Below are positions 9,398 through 17,898 of a stretch of 40,000 nt of DNA, piece after piece. A model generated the notes under the pieces. That model was not told where the DNA came from. It saw nothing but the letters and a program-made list of their open reading frames with translations, and made no database searches. This DNA comes from an uncultured Acidobacteriota bacterium. GTDB taxonomy: Bacteria; Acidobacteriota; Terriglobia; Terriglobales; Acidobacteriaceae. The DNA is taken from positions 324,005-364,004 of the forward strand of contig CAVWJE010000001.1 in assembly GCA_963755225.1 (NCBI GenBank), in the 5' to 3' direction. Each line of letters begins with the position of its first letter. Position 1 is the first letter of the stretch. The position numbers were made by a program, and so were the translations under genes.

Positions 9398-10363
9398 ATG
9401 AGGCATGCACAGCGGATATCACGGATGCTAAAGCACAAACACCATTACGTGAACCGGTTCTACCTGCAGCCGTGGACGAGAGATGGGAAGATCGCATGTT
9501 GGCTGCGGGGCAAGATCGTCCAACCTTCCCTTGAGGGCGTAGCGAACCAACGGGACTTTTACGAAGTGCCGGACTTGCAGCCCGAAGATGTGATGGTGAT
9601 TCGAAAGGCTGTCATTGACAGGGCATCGCCAGGGCTCAAGCCAATCTTTGAGGACTTGCTTGAGAAGTACACATCTGTTGGGTTGGCCCACAGGTTGCTC
9701 GTAGGCAATGAGAACGTCCCAGATCGGATACAGGATGCCGCCCGAACTGACAAAGCTAACTTAGACGAAAACTACCACGCGGCAATCGAGAGCGATTTGC
9801 ATTTCCCATTGCGAGAGATGCGCGAGGGTCGTGCTGATTTCTTCCGAGACAATGAGATCGTGGGCCCATTCTTTCGGGCCATCAGCCTGCAATATCTTCG
9901 GACGAAGAACATGCGTGTTGCGATGAATCATCGCGTGGGAGTGCCAGTAGAGGGCGCGGATATGGATCGAATCTGGATACCTATGATTCACATGCTCGCG
10001 ATGAAAGTCGGAGAGAGTTTCTTCCGTGAACGGAGCAAGCTGCGGTTGCTGCTCCTGGAGAGCCCGCCGGAGGTCACGTTCATCACAGGAGACCAGTCGG
10101 TCGTCAACATTGTTGAAGACCGTGACGAGATGGATATCCCGAAGGATCTCGAACTCTACTATCCCGTGTCTCCTTCGAGAGCTATGGTCATGGTTCACGA
10201 GTGGAGTCCATTGATATCGGAAACTGTACGTCTGACGGTCTCGCAGGTTCACGCATACAACAGGCGGATCGTGGAGAATTATCACGAGCAGTTCTATGGA
10301 AAATCGGTTGAGGCGTTGGAAGAGTGGACAAGCCTTGCGCTCTTGGCCGGTGACTGGAGCTGA
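9398..10363 (+). CDS. DUF4238-family protein
   Basis: N-terminal KHKHHYVNRFYLQPW matches the HHYVP.FYL signature I associate with DUF4238. It also has ITGDQSVV and is about 320 aa, typical for the family. Confidence 0.7.
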   Translation: MRHAQRISRMLKHKHHYVNRFYLQPWTRDGKIACWLRGKIVQPSLEGVANQRDFYEVPDLQPEDVMVIRKAVIDRASPGLKPIFEDLLEKYTSVGLAHRLLVGNENVPDRIQDAARTDKANLDENYHAAIESDLHFPLREMREGRADFFRDNEIVGPFFRAISLQYLRTKNMRVAMNHRVGVPVEGADMDRIWIPMIHMLAMKVGESFFRERSKLRLLLLESPPEVTFITGDQSVVNIVEDRDEMDIPKDLELYYPVSPSRAMVMVHEWSPLISETVRLTVSQVHAYNRRIVENYHEQFYGKSVEALEEWTSLALLAGDWS

Positions 10364-10377
10364 TCGAATCGAGGCGC

Positions 10378-11064
10378 CTAAAACAACAATGTTGGAATGA
10401 ATTCCTCGGCGCAGGCGGGATCGTCGTTCTTCACCGAGTTCACGCGAGTCCCGACACGATGGTGGCGCATGGCGTCGGAGGGAAATGGCTTGAGCAAGTC
10501 GAGAAGATCATCCGCTTTCTTGAAGCCTGGATCGAGCCAGAGGTCGTAGCTTTCACGCTTCATGATCACAGGCATTCGGTCGTGAATTCCGGACAGAAGA
10601 GTATTCGCCGAAGTGGTGATGATGGAACAGGTCTCAATCCATTCCTTGTCTGGGTTCCTCCATCGGTCCCAGACTCCGGCGAAGGCAAAGAGTGAATCAT
10701 CGGCCATCGAAAAGCAGAAGGGGGATTTCTGTTTGCCTTGCTTCGACCATTCATAAAACGCGTCGGCAGGGATCAAGCAACGGCGAGATCGGAAGGGATC
10801 ACGGAACGCGGGCGTGCGGGCGACTGTCTCCGCTCTAGCGTTGATCATTTTGTATCTGGCCTTCGCATCCTTCGCCCAGAACGGGATCAATCCCCACCGC
10901 GCCAGGGAAAGCGAGCGCAACGACTGCGCCGCATCTTGGCGAATCACTGGTACATTTTGGCTGGGCGCAATGTTGTAACGAGGACTCCAGTCAACGTGGT
11001 CCCCCACATCGAAGACCTCGGCCAGAATCTCCTTCTTCCGCGCGAGGCGATAGCGACCGCACAT
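10378..11064 (-). CDS. SOS response-associated peptidase (SRAP; YedK/HMCES family)
   Basis: I place the start at the ATG complement 11064-11062, giving MCGRYRL with the family-defining Cys2 nucleophile; the ORF-track start at 11127 is upstream of it. Also present: PRYNIAPSQ, FYEW and IHDRMPVI. Confidence 0.9.
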   Translation of the reverse strand: MCGRYRLARKKEILAEVFDVGDHVDWSPRYNIAPSQNVPVIRQDAAQSLRSLSLARWGLIPFWAKDAKARYKMINARAETVARTPAFRDPFRSRRCLIPADAFYEWSKQGKQKSPFCFSMADDSLFAFAGVWDRWRNPDKEWIETCSIITTSANTLLSGIHDRMPVIMKRESYDLWLDPGFKKADDLLDLLKPFPSDAMRHHRVGTRVNSVKNDDPACAEEFIPTLLF

Positions 11065-11133
11065 GGGGACAGTATAGGACGGAAAAAGGGCGGAGTGCAT
11101 GGAGTCACTCCGCCCGAATCGTCGCAACCGCCG

Positions 11134-12657
11134 TTAACCCGCGGATTTTGTTTTTAGCTTGGTCTTAGGTTTGGCCTCCTTACTGCGTTTCGCCGCAAAC
11201 TCAGCAACTACAGCCTTCTCCAGCTTTTCGACATCCACGCGATAGCGCTTGGCAGCATCCGTGAGTAGATCGTCGGATGCGCCGGAACGCATGTAAGCAG
11301 AGTCGAGCAGGCTGATTTCGAGCAGTATCCGGCAGAGCGCAGCTTCGTCATACGTGCTGACGCGCTTTGCCAGAAGCTCCTGCGGAGTCTTCGTGCTCTT
11401 GCCTTCCTCGATCTTGTGCCGCTTCGCCAGAGTGGGCACTTGGTTGTAGGGCAGTTGGCCGATGACGTGATGGACCACGGTCAAAAGATCGGCCTTCTTC
11501 AATGGCGCAGACACCCGCTCCAACACTGCCGCCAAAGCGCGGTGCCGAGTGGTGATTGCCAGCTTGGTTTTTTCGATGCGTTTGCGCTCCTCGATCCGTT
11601 CCCGAGCGACCTGCTCGGGAGAGGGAGTGTTGGCGTGATGCACGCGGCAAGCCGGGTCAGCGCAGACTTTGACAATCTGGCCGCGCTTACCGCCATCCAT
11701 CACGATGGCTTCGGTCATCTTCTCGCAAGGCTTCTGGACCGGCGACAACTTTGTCGCGGTTCCGTTGGTCTTGGCCTTCTTGATTTGGAGTTCCACGTAG
11801 TGGTTGCGCCCCAAGGGAGCGCCCTCACGCGAATTCCACGCCGAAGAAATCTGCACCAGTTTCGGCTTGCTTTCGAGCGTCTTCGATATGTGAACGTCGA
11901 GCTTTTGACGAAAACACGTGGGATCGATGCAGCTATCGTTAACTACAGCAGCAAAAAGTAGCTTGTTAAAGCCAGTCCGTTTCGGGCAATTGGCGCACGA
12001 ACCTGCCTCGGGCACCAGCGTTTCATCCTGTTTATCGAACGGCACGGATGCCAGTTGCAGCAGGATGTTGGACTCGATCCATGCCGCCAGTTCGCGGACG
12101 GGGATGAGGACTTGCGTGTTGCCCTCGCTCGTCCACATGCCGCGAAAAGCGGCGGTGAACGCTTCCTGCTGCTGCGAAGCAGGAAGCTTGGCGATCAGCA
12201 AAGCGTGGCCGATGGTGATCTGATCTTTCAGGAATGCGTCCGCCACGGGCGGGATGAGGTCGGCGAGCCTGATCCTGCCGTAAATGTAAGCCTCGCTTTT
12301 CGCCGTCCTGGCTGCAATGCTGGCAATGCTGTAGTTGGGTTGTCCGAGTTCAAGTAATGCCCGGAAACCCAGAGCTTCCTCAAGCGGGTGGATGTCCTGA
12401 CGTTGAAGATTCTCAACGCACTGGGCTTCGATGGCCTCCGCGTCCGTGAGTTTGACGATGCGGACGGGAAGGTTTTCGAGTTCCGCGATGCGTGCGGCCC
12501 GCAGACGACGCGCTCCGGCTACGACTTCGTATTTGCTTTCCTCCAGTTCGCGCACCAACAGGGGCGCGAGAACGCCCTGCGTTTTGAAACTCGCGGCGAG
12601 TTCTTCCAACGCAATCTGATCGAACCGTTTGCGTGGATTCGTGCCCGACTCGACCAA
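11134..12657 (-). CDS. large ParB/Srx N-terminal domain protein (mobile-element type, Cys-rich C-terminal region)
   Basis: Motifs include NPRKRFD, YEVVAGARRLRAA (ParB GxRRxxA box), HPLEEA, and Cys clusters CANCPKRTG...CIDPTC and CADPACRVHH. The ParB-frame sequence continues upstream of the TTG at 12657 (CKLRKEQLPINEYRNISIAAL) with no canonical start; see findings. Confidence 0.85.
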   Translation of the reverse strand: MVESGTNPRKRFDQIALEELAASFKTQGVLAPLLVRELEESKYEVVAGARRLRAARIAELENLPVRIVKLTDAEAIEAQCVENLQRQDIHPLEEALGFRALLELGQPNYSIASIAARTAKSEAYIYGRIRLADLIPPVADAFLKDQITIGHALLIAKLPASQQQEAFTAAFRGMWTSEGNTQVLIPVRELAAWIESNILLQLASVPFDKQDETLVPEAGSCANCPKRTGFNKLLFAAVVNDSCIDPTCFRQKLDVHISKTLESKPKLVQISSAWNSREGAPLGRNHYVELQIKKAKTNGTATKLSPVQKPCEKMTEAIVMDGGKRGQIVKVCADPACRVHHANTPSPEQVARERIEERKRIEKTKLAITTRHRALAAVLERVSAPLKKADLLTVVHHVIGQLPYNQVPTLAKRHKIEEGKSTKTPQELLAKRVSTYDEAALCRILLEISLLDSAYMRSGASDDLLTDAAKRYRVDVEKLEKAVVAEFAAKRSKEAKPKTKLKTKSAG

Positions 12658-12810
12658 TGCGGCGATTGAGATGTTGCGATATTCGTTGATTGGTAACTGC
12701 TCTTTGCGTAACTTGCATGACTTCTTCTCCTCTCATTCGGTTGTATTTCTGGTTGGTGGTGAGCGGCGCACACGTTGTGCGTATGCGCCGGAATCTCTGG
12801 TTGTTTGCGG

Positions 12811-13652
12811 TTATGCGGCTGCGGTCGTCGCCGGAGGCTCGGGGGCGATGCCCCCGAGAATCACGGCAGCGGTATGCTGAACGGCTTCCAAGCTCTCGCG
12901 CAGGAGACTGGCGTCTCCATGCCAGAGCGCTATGTAATCCGCCGATGAACTTCCGGTCTCAAGCCCGATGGCTTGGCAGACGACAAAGGCCACAGCTTCG
13001 GCCTCGGTTTCGCGGACTTGTTTGGTGGTCAGGGTGCGGCGCTCACCCCGGTGTAAGAGTTCGTGGCCGATTTCGTGCGCCAGCGTGGAAAATTCCTCGG
13101 CGGGTTGCATCCCGGAAAGCAGCGTGATTTTCCCGCCATATGACAGACCCTTGGCGGGTCCGATCTTGTCGGAATAATTCAGCGTGATGCCGTGGGCTTC
13201 CACGAATTTGACCAGTCGTTCGCGGTAGCCGCTGACATCGCCCTGCACTTCGGTGAGCGTGGGAAGTTCTTTGCCTTCGGTTTGGCTGATGTCAAACACA
13301 TACACGGCCCGAAAACCGTACAACGTGGACTGAGTCTCCTTGGCATCCGCGTCCTCTGTCCGCATTCGTCATTCTTCTTGCGCTTGTTGCCGACCATGGG
13401 AGCGAGAATGAAAATGCCTTTTTCGCCACGCCGGACGAAGCGGCCAAGCGAGTTCCAAGTGCGAAGTCCTGCAACGTTGGTGGCATCCGGTTTCTGCCTT
13501 GCAATCAGCATGATGTTGCCGAAGCTGTAGTTGCGAAACTTGGCCATCGCTCCGAGGTATGCGGTGAGGACTTCACTGTGACCGGACTCCAGAGCTGCCA
13601 CGAGGAAATCCACGGCTTCTTTGGTTTTGTGGTTGACTTCTTCTAATTTCAT
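12811..13652 (-). pseudogene. ardC: ArdC-type antirestriction protein (ssDNA-binding N-domain + HExxH metalloprotease domain), one frameshift as given
   Basis: The N-terminal part starts at the ATG complement 13652 (MKLEEVNHKTKEAVDFLVAALESGHSEVLTAYLGAMAKFRNYSFGNIMLIARQ...GIFILAPM). It continues in another frame as ORF 13365-12811 (YGFRAVYVFDISQTEG...LAHEIGHELLH). The junction is at about 13360-13372. Confidence 0.8.
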
Positions 13653-13990
13653 GTTTTTTCCCTTCTGCCGGTGTCGGCTTGTTTTTTCTTTCACTAGAGC
13701 GGCAGCGAGGAAAAACAAGGCGACACGGGCGAAGGGACCGAACGGAGGCCGGAGGGAGGGTGGCAGGGCGTGAGGGAAAGCGCGGTTAGTGCCAAACGCG
13801 GTTGGGTTCAGTTTGGCGCGAAACCGGCGCAGTCCGAAACGCCCGTCCGAGCCGCGGCCAAGCGGCGGTCCACCCGGAAGAGGGCGAAGTGGAAGAAAAG
13901 GGGCGGAGCCTCGAAGGACCGATATGGAGGGCTTTACTAAGTCGGCACTTGTGCAATTAGGATTCTTGGATCAAGATGTAACGCAAGGCA

Positions 13991-14030
13991 ACGTGATGGA
14001 ACATGCCGTTACGTAATGAAACATGTCGGT
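13991..14030. repeat. tandem 20-bp direct repeat (2 units, 16/20 identical)
   Basis: ACGTGATGGAACATGCCGTT (13991-14010) and ACGTAATGAAACATGTCGGT (14011-14030), read directly from the sequence. It lies just upstream of the HTH gene start at 14052. Confidence 0.6.
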
Positions 14031-14051
14031 ATGCCCGTGCTAATAGGCCAA

Positions 14052-14279
14052 ATGCGTTATTTTTCTGCCGCCGAGATCGCAAATGAGCTTGGAGTGTCTC
14101 GCACAACGTTCTGGCGTTGGAGGTCAGATGGGAGCATTCCGGGTGGGCGTCGATATCGGGGTGGGAGGGTTGTGTTCACGGAGGAAGAGGTCGAAGAGAT
14201 CCGGGCATTTGCAAACCGACTCGAACCGATCGAGGGTCCGAACCGAAATCAAATGAAGTTGTTCAATGGTGTTCGTTGA
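14052..14279 (+). CDS. excisionase/AlpA-type (MerR-superfamily) helix-turn-helix DNA-binding protein
   Basis: MRYFSAAEIANELGVSRTTFWRWRSDGSIPGGRRYRGGRVVFTEEEVEEIRAF fits the HTH_17/excisionase pattern (...GVSR.T.YRW...G..P......G....F..eev..w). The ORF track starts at 14016; the start choice is uncertain. Confidence 0.6.
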   Translation: MRYFSAAEIANELGVSRTTFWRWRSDGSIPGGRRYRGGRVVFTEEEVEEIRAFANRLEPIEGPNRNQMKLFNGVR

Positions 14280-14288
14280 GGAGGCGTT

Positions 14289-14993
14289 ATGAACAAGCGC
14301 GGGGTCGTATTGTTAAGTGGCGGGCTAGATTCGTCAACTACGTTAGCGATTGCAAAAGATGAGGGTTTCAGTGCGTATGCCCTGAGTTTCAGGTATGGCC
14401 AGAGACACGAGGTGGAACTGGCAGCCGCTCAGCGGATCGTGGAGGCACTTGGGGCGAAGGAGCACATTGTCCTGAACATCGATCTACGGCCCTTTGGGGG
14501 TTCGGCGTTGACAGCCGACATAGAGGTACCCAAAGGTCGATCAGAACTCGAGATGGGTTCTGAGATTCCAATTACATACGTACCCGCAAGGAACACCATC
14601 TTTCTTGCCTTTGCACTGGCTTGGGCAGAGGTACTCGAATCGCAGGACATTTTCATTGGGGTGAATGCGGTCGACTACAGCGGATATCCGGATTGCCGAC
14701 CTGAGTTCATCAACGAATTTGAGTGCCTGGCGAATTTGGCAACCAAGGCGGGAGTAGAAGGCAAATCGAAGGTCAGGATACATGCCCCGCTGATCAAACT
14801 GTCCAAGGCGGAAATCATACGCAGAGGAATTAACCTGGGTGTCGATTACTCCTTGACCACCAGTTGCTACGATCCCTCGCCCGTTGGAGAAGCTTGCGGA
14901 GATTGCGACTCATGCAAGCTGCGAAGAAAGGGATTTAGGGAGGCGGGTGTGGCGGATCCAACCCGCTACCAGACACTCCGCGTTAGTGCATGA
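14289..14993 (+). CDS. queC: 7-cyano-7-deazaguanine (preQ0) synthase
   Basis: PP-loop [17 protein letters not shown], and the C-terminal Zn cluster [24 protein letters not shown] at 14278-14284. Confidence 0.95.
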   Translation: MNKRGVVLLSGGLDSSTTLAIAKDEGFSAYALSFRYGQRHEVELAAAQRIVEALGAKEHIVLNIDLRPFGGSALTADIEVPKGRSELEMGSEIPITYVPARNTIFLAFALAWAEVLESQDIFIGVNAVDYSGYPDCRPEFINEFECLANLATKAGVEGKSKVRIHAPLIKLSKAEIIRRGINLGVDYSLTTSCYDPSPVGEACGDCDSCKLRRKGFREAGVADPTRYQTLRVSA

Positions 14994-15622
14994 GATACGC
15001 AGTCAAGGAGATTTTTTACTCGCTCCAAGGGGAGGGGGCCAATGTTGGCCGCGCAGCGGTATTTTGCCGTTTTGCAGGGTGCAATCTTTGGTCAGGGCGT
15101 GAGCAGGATCGGACAGCGGCGGCCTGTCAGTTCTGCGATACGGATTTCGTCGGAACTGACGGAAACGGTGGTGGTCATTTCGCGTCAGCAGATGAACTTG
15201 CAGGGGCCGTTAAGGCGAAATGGCCTTCTGGCGGGGTTAAACCCTTTGTCATCTGCACCGGTGGTGAACCCTTGTTGCAACTGGATCGAGGTTTGGTGGA
15301 AGCATTGCACGCGGCGGGTTTTGAGATCGCCATTGAGACAAATGGTACTCGAATCCCGCCCGCGGGTGTCGATTGGATCTGTGTAAGTCCTAAAGCGGAT
15401 GCGCGACTGGAACTTCGATACGGCCAGGAACTGAAACTGGTGTTCCCGCAAGAAAATGCCATGCCCAAGTCATTTGACGATCTTGATTTTCGCCACTTTT
15501 TTCTACAGCCAATGGATGGATCCAAATTGGCTGAGAATACACGGTTGGCTTTGCAATACTGTTTGGAACATCCGCAGTGGAGGCTGAGTTTGCAAACGCA
15601 CAAGTTTCTAAGTATTCCGTAG
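14990..15622 (+). CDS. queE: 7-carboxy-7-deazaguanine synthase (radical SAM)
   Basis: N-terminal [28 protein letters not shown]...CQFCDT carries the CX14CX2C cluster spacing. The start overlaps the queC stop (ATGA, 14990-14993). Confidence 0.95.
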   Translation: MRYAVKEIFYSLQGEGANVGRAAVFCRFAGCNLWSGREQDRTAAACQFCDTDFVGTDGNGGGHFASADELAGAVKAKWPSGGVKPFVICTGGEPLLQLDRGLVEALHAAGFEIAIETNGTRIPPAGVDWICVSPKADARLELRYGQELKLVFPQENAMPKSFDDLDFRHFFLQPMDGSKLAENTRLALQYCLEHPQWRLSLQTHKFLSIP

Positions 15623-15644
15623 TCGAGAGGGTGCGTGCTTGCTA

Positions 15645-16004
15645 ATGGAGATATTTAAGGAGTTCACGATCGAGGCGGCCCACCGACTGCCCCATGTACC
15701 GCCAGGCCATCGGTGTGGCAGGCTTCACGGTCACTCGTTCCGCATTGAGATTTATGTTAAGGGGGATGTGGACTCGGTGACAGGTTGGGTGGTGGACTTT
15801 GGAGAGATCAAGCGGGCATTCGGCTCAATACACGACGTCCTAGATCACAACTACCTAAACGAGATAGATGGCCTTGCGAATCCGACGAGCGAAAATCTGT
15901 CTCGGTGGATTTGGATGCGGCTACGACCAATGTTGCCTTTGTTGAGCAAGATTATTGTGCGTGAGACCTGTACGAGCGGGTCCATCTACCAAGGAGAGGA
16001 TTAG
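15645..16004 (+). CDS. queD: 6-carboxy-5,6,7,8-tetrahydropterin synthase
   Basis: MEIFKEFTIEAAHRLP...CGRLHGHSF...LDHNYLNE with the typical QueD/PTPS Zn-binding His residues. About 120 aa. Confidence 0.95.
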   Translation: MEIFKEFTIEAAHRLPHVPPGHRCGRLHGHSFRIEIYVKGDVDSVTGWVVDFGEIKRAFGSIHDVLDHNYLNEIDGLANPTSENLSRWIWMRLRPMLPLLSKIIVRETCTSGSIYQGED

Positions 16005-16010
16005 AACCGC

Positions 16011-16848
16011 ATGGAAGATGTCCAGAATCGACCTGACGAGCGCCAAATACCAATCGATAGAGTTGGCGTCAGCGACTTGCGCTACCCGATCACGGTTCTC
16101 GATCGGGAACATCAGAAGCAGCAGACCGTTGCGCGTTTATCAATATCGGTCGCACTGCCACATGATTTCAAAGGCACGCACATGAGTCGGTTTATCGAGG
16201 TGTTGAATGAGCACCACGGTGAGATCACGATGCGAACACTCCCAGGATTTCTCGTGGACATCAAGAAGCGACTCGCTGCTGAGAGCGCCCACATCGAAGT
16301 GAGATTCCCTTATTTCCTTGAGCGTACAGCGCCGGTGAGTGGTTCGAAAGCTCATGGACTACGACTGCTTCTTCTCGGCGGAGGCGAACGGAGGCAAACA
16401 GGATTTTGTTCTCGGAGTGCGGGTACCCGTTACTACGCTTTGTCCGTGCAGCAAGGAAATCAGCGACTACGGGGCTCACAACCAACGGGGATATGTGGAT
16501 ACCCGAGTGCGGAGTATTCTGCAAGCCGACGGCACCCGTGCGCTGATCTGGATTGAGGAGTTGGTCGAGTTGGTGGAGCGTTCCGCCTCTGCGCCGGTCT
16601 ATCCGTTGTTGAAGCGGGCTGACGAGCGGTATGTCACCATGCAGGCATACGACAAACCAATGTTTGTGGAGGACGTTGTCAGGGACGTTGCACAATCTTT
16701 GCAGAGGGACCCACGGGTGGCGTGGTTCCGGGCACATGCCAAGAACGACGAGAGTATTCATAATCACAGTGCGTTTGCGCAAATTGAGTGGGCCCGAAGC
16801 GCGTCGCGGGCTGTTGCGGAACTGGTTGAAGCGGAAGCCGTAAGCTGA
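16011..16848 (+). pseudogene. folE2: GTP cyclohydrolase I type 2 (FolE2/MptA family), one frameshift as given
   Basis: ORF 16011-16556 reads RVGVSDLRYPITV...GTHMSRFIEVL...YFLERTAPVSGSKA as real protein, then nonsense. ORF 16339-16848 continues LMDYDCFF...TTLCPCSKEIS...HNQRG...ESIHNHSAFA. The frame switch must lie within 16339-16355 (A3 run at 16347-16349). Confidence 0.85.
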
Positions 16849-16885
16849 GAATCGACAAACAGATGTCTGGCTTTCTGCTACAAAG

Positions 16886-16934
16886 TGTGTAATTATCTTG
16901 AACTGTCAGTCGTGGCAATTACATAGACAGTTCA
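16886..16934 (+). promoter_or_regulatory. two interleaved 9-bp inverted repeats (pseudoknot-type topology) abutting the dpdC-like start codon
   Basis: a=16886-16894 TGTGTAATT pairs with a'=16917-16925 AATTACATA (8 Watson-Crick pairs + 1 G-T). b=16899-16907 TGAACTGTC pairs with b'=16926-16934 GACAGTTCA (9/9). The order is a-b-a'-b'. Function unknown. Confidence 0.3.
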
Positions 16935-16937
16935 TTG

Positions 16938-17898
16938 ATGGAACGCGCAATTAACATCGTTGTCACCTGCACGAAAAGAAAGTCCCAACCGGCTACATCC
17001 AATCTCCGACTTCGCAGCGTCAGAGCCAAGACAGTTGCCGAAAAACTGGACATATGGCTAAACAGACTTGGCGCAGCTTCCAGCGAGCTTTTGCCCGGGC
17101 GTGAACTCTATGCGGGCGATCATTGGAGCATAGTCAAGTCTCTAGCCGACACGGCCGCGAAATCAGGTCTTGTTGCGAGGGTCTGGGTTTGTTCGGCAGG
17201 CTACGGGCTTATCTCGCTAGACTCCAAGGTGCGTCCGTATGCTGCGACGTTCACTCCGGGCCTGCCCGACTCGGTCGCACGCGGTATTCGAAAGCCACCA
17301 GCGGCCCAAGTTGGGAAGGAGTGGTGGGGACTGTTAACGAAATGGTCAGGCCCAAATCCCCGAGTTTCCACGTAGCATTGCGGCCCTGGCTGAGCGCAAC
17401 CCGAATTGCCCACTTCTGATTGCTGCTTCACGGGACTACTTGACTGCGATCGAAGAGGATATTGCGTCGGCAGCGACCTTGCTAGTTCGGCGCGGGAATC
17501 TGATGATTTTTTCTGGTGCTGGCCACAACAGTTCAAGAATGGCGGGCGGCTACCTTCCGTGCAGCGCGGTGTTGCAGCGGGCGGTCGGGGGAGCAAGAAC
17601 TTCGCTTAACGTTCGTATTATTCGGAGAGTGCTTGAGGTCGCTGGTCCGGGCCGGTTAAATCACACGGCGGTACGCCGGACTTTGGAGCGCCTGATTGGT
17701 CAACAATCGCGGACGAGACGAGTTGTGCGACAACCGGCAAGCGATACCAAAATCCGGAAGTTTATCATGCTGGAACTGAACCGGAACCCCGCGGCGAGAC
17801 TTGGACCGTTACTGCGAAAATTTCGCGATCGAGGCTATGCGTGTGAGTATTCTCGCTTCGGGACGGCGTTGAAGGATCTTCAGCGGCGAGGTTGGTAA
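16938..17898 (+). pseudogene. dpdC: DpdC-like protein (candidate by position and fold pattern), one frameshift as given
   Basis: ORF 16935-17375 reads ELYAGDHWSIVKSL...VWVCSAGYGLISLDSKVRPYAATF, a pattern I associate with DUF6884-type proteins. It continues in the +1 frame, open from 17338 (PEFPRSIAALAERNPNCPLLIAASRDYLTAIEEDI..., ORF 17440-17898). Removing one C from the C4 run at 17358-17361 restores a single ~320-aa ORF. The DpdC assignment is contextual. Confidence 0.5.

Noticed and set aside
13789-14016. 75-aa ORF (Arg/Gly/Pro-rich) in the ardC / HTH intergenic region
   Set aside because: Its composition simply reflects the G-rich spacer. It has no RBS and no protein-like pattern, so I treat it as non-coding.
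16886-16934. Calling the interleaved repeats a known preQ1 riboswitch
   Set aside because: I cannot match it to what I recall of the preQ1-I, -II or -III consensus; for example there is no short hairpin followed by an A-rich tail. It is kept only as an unexplained structure, not as an annotated riboswitch.
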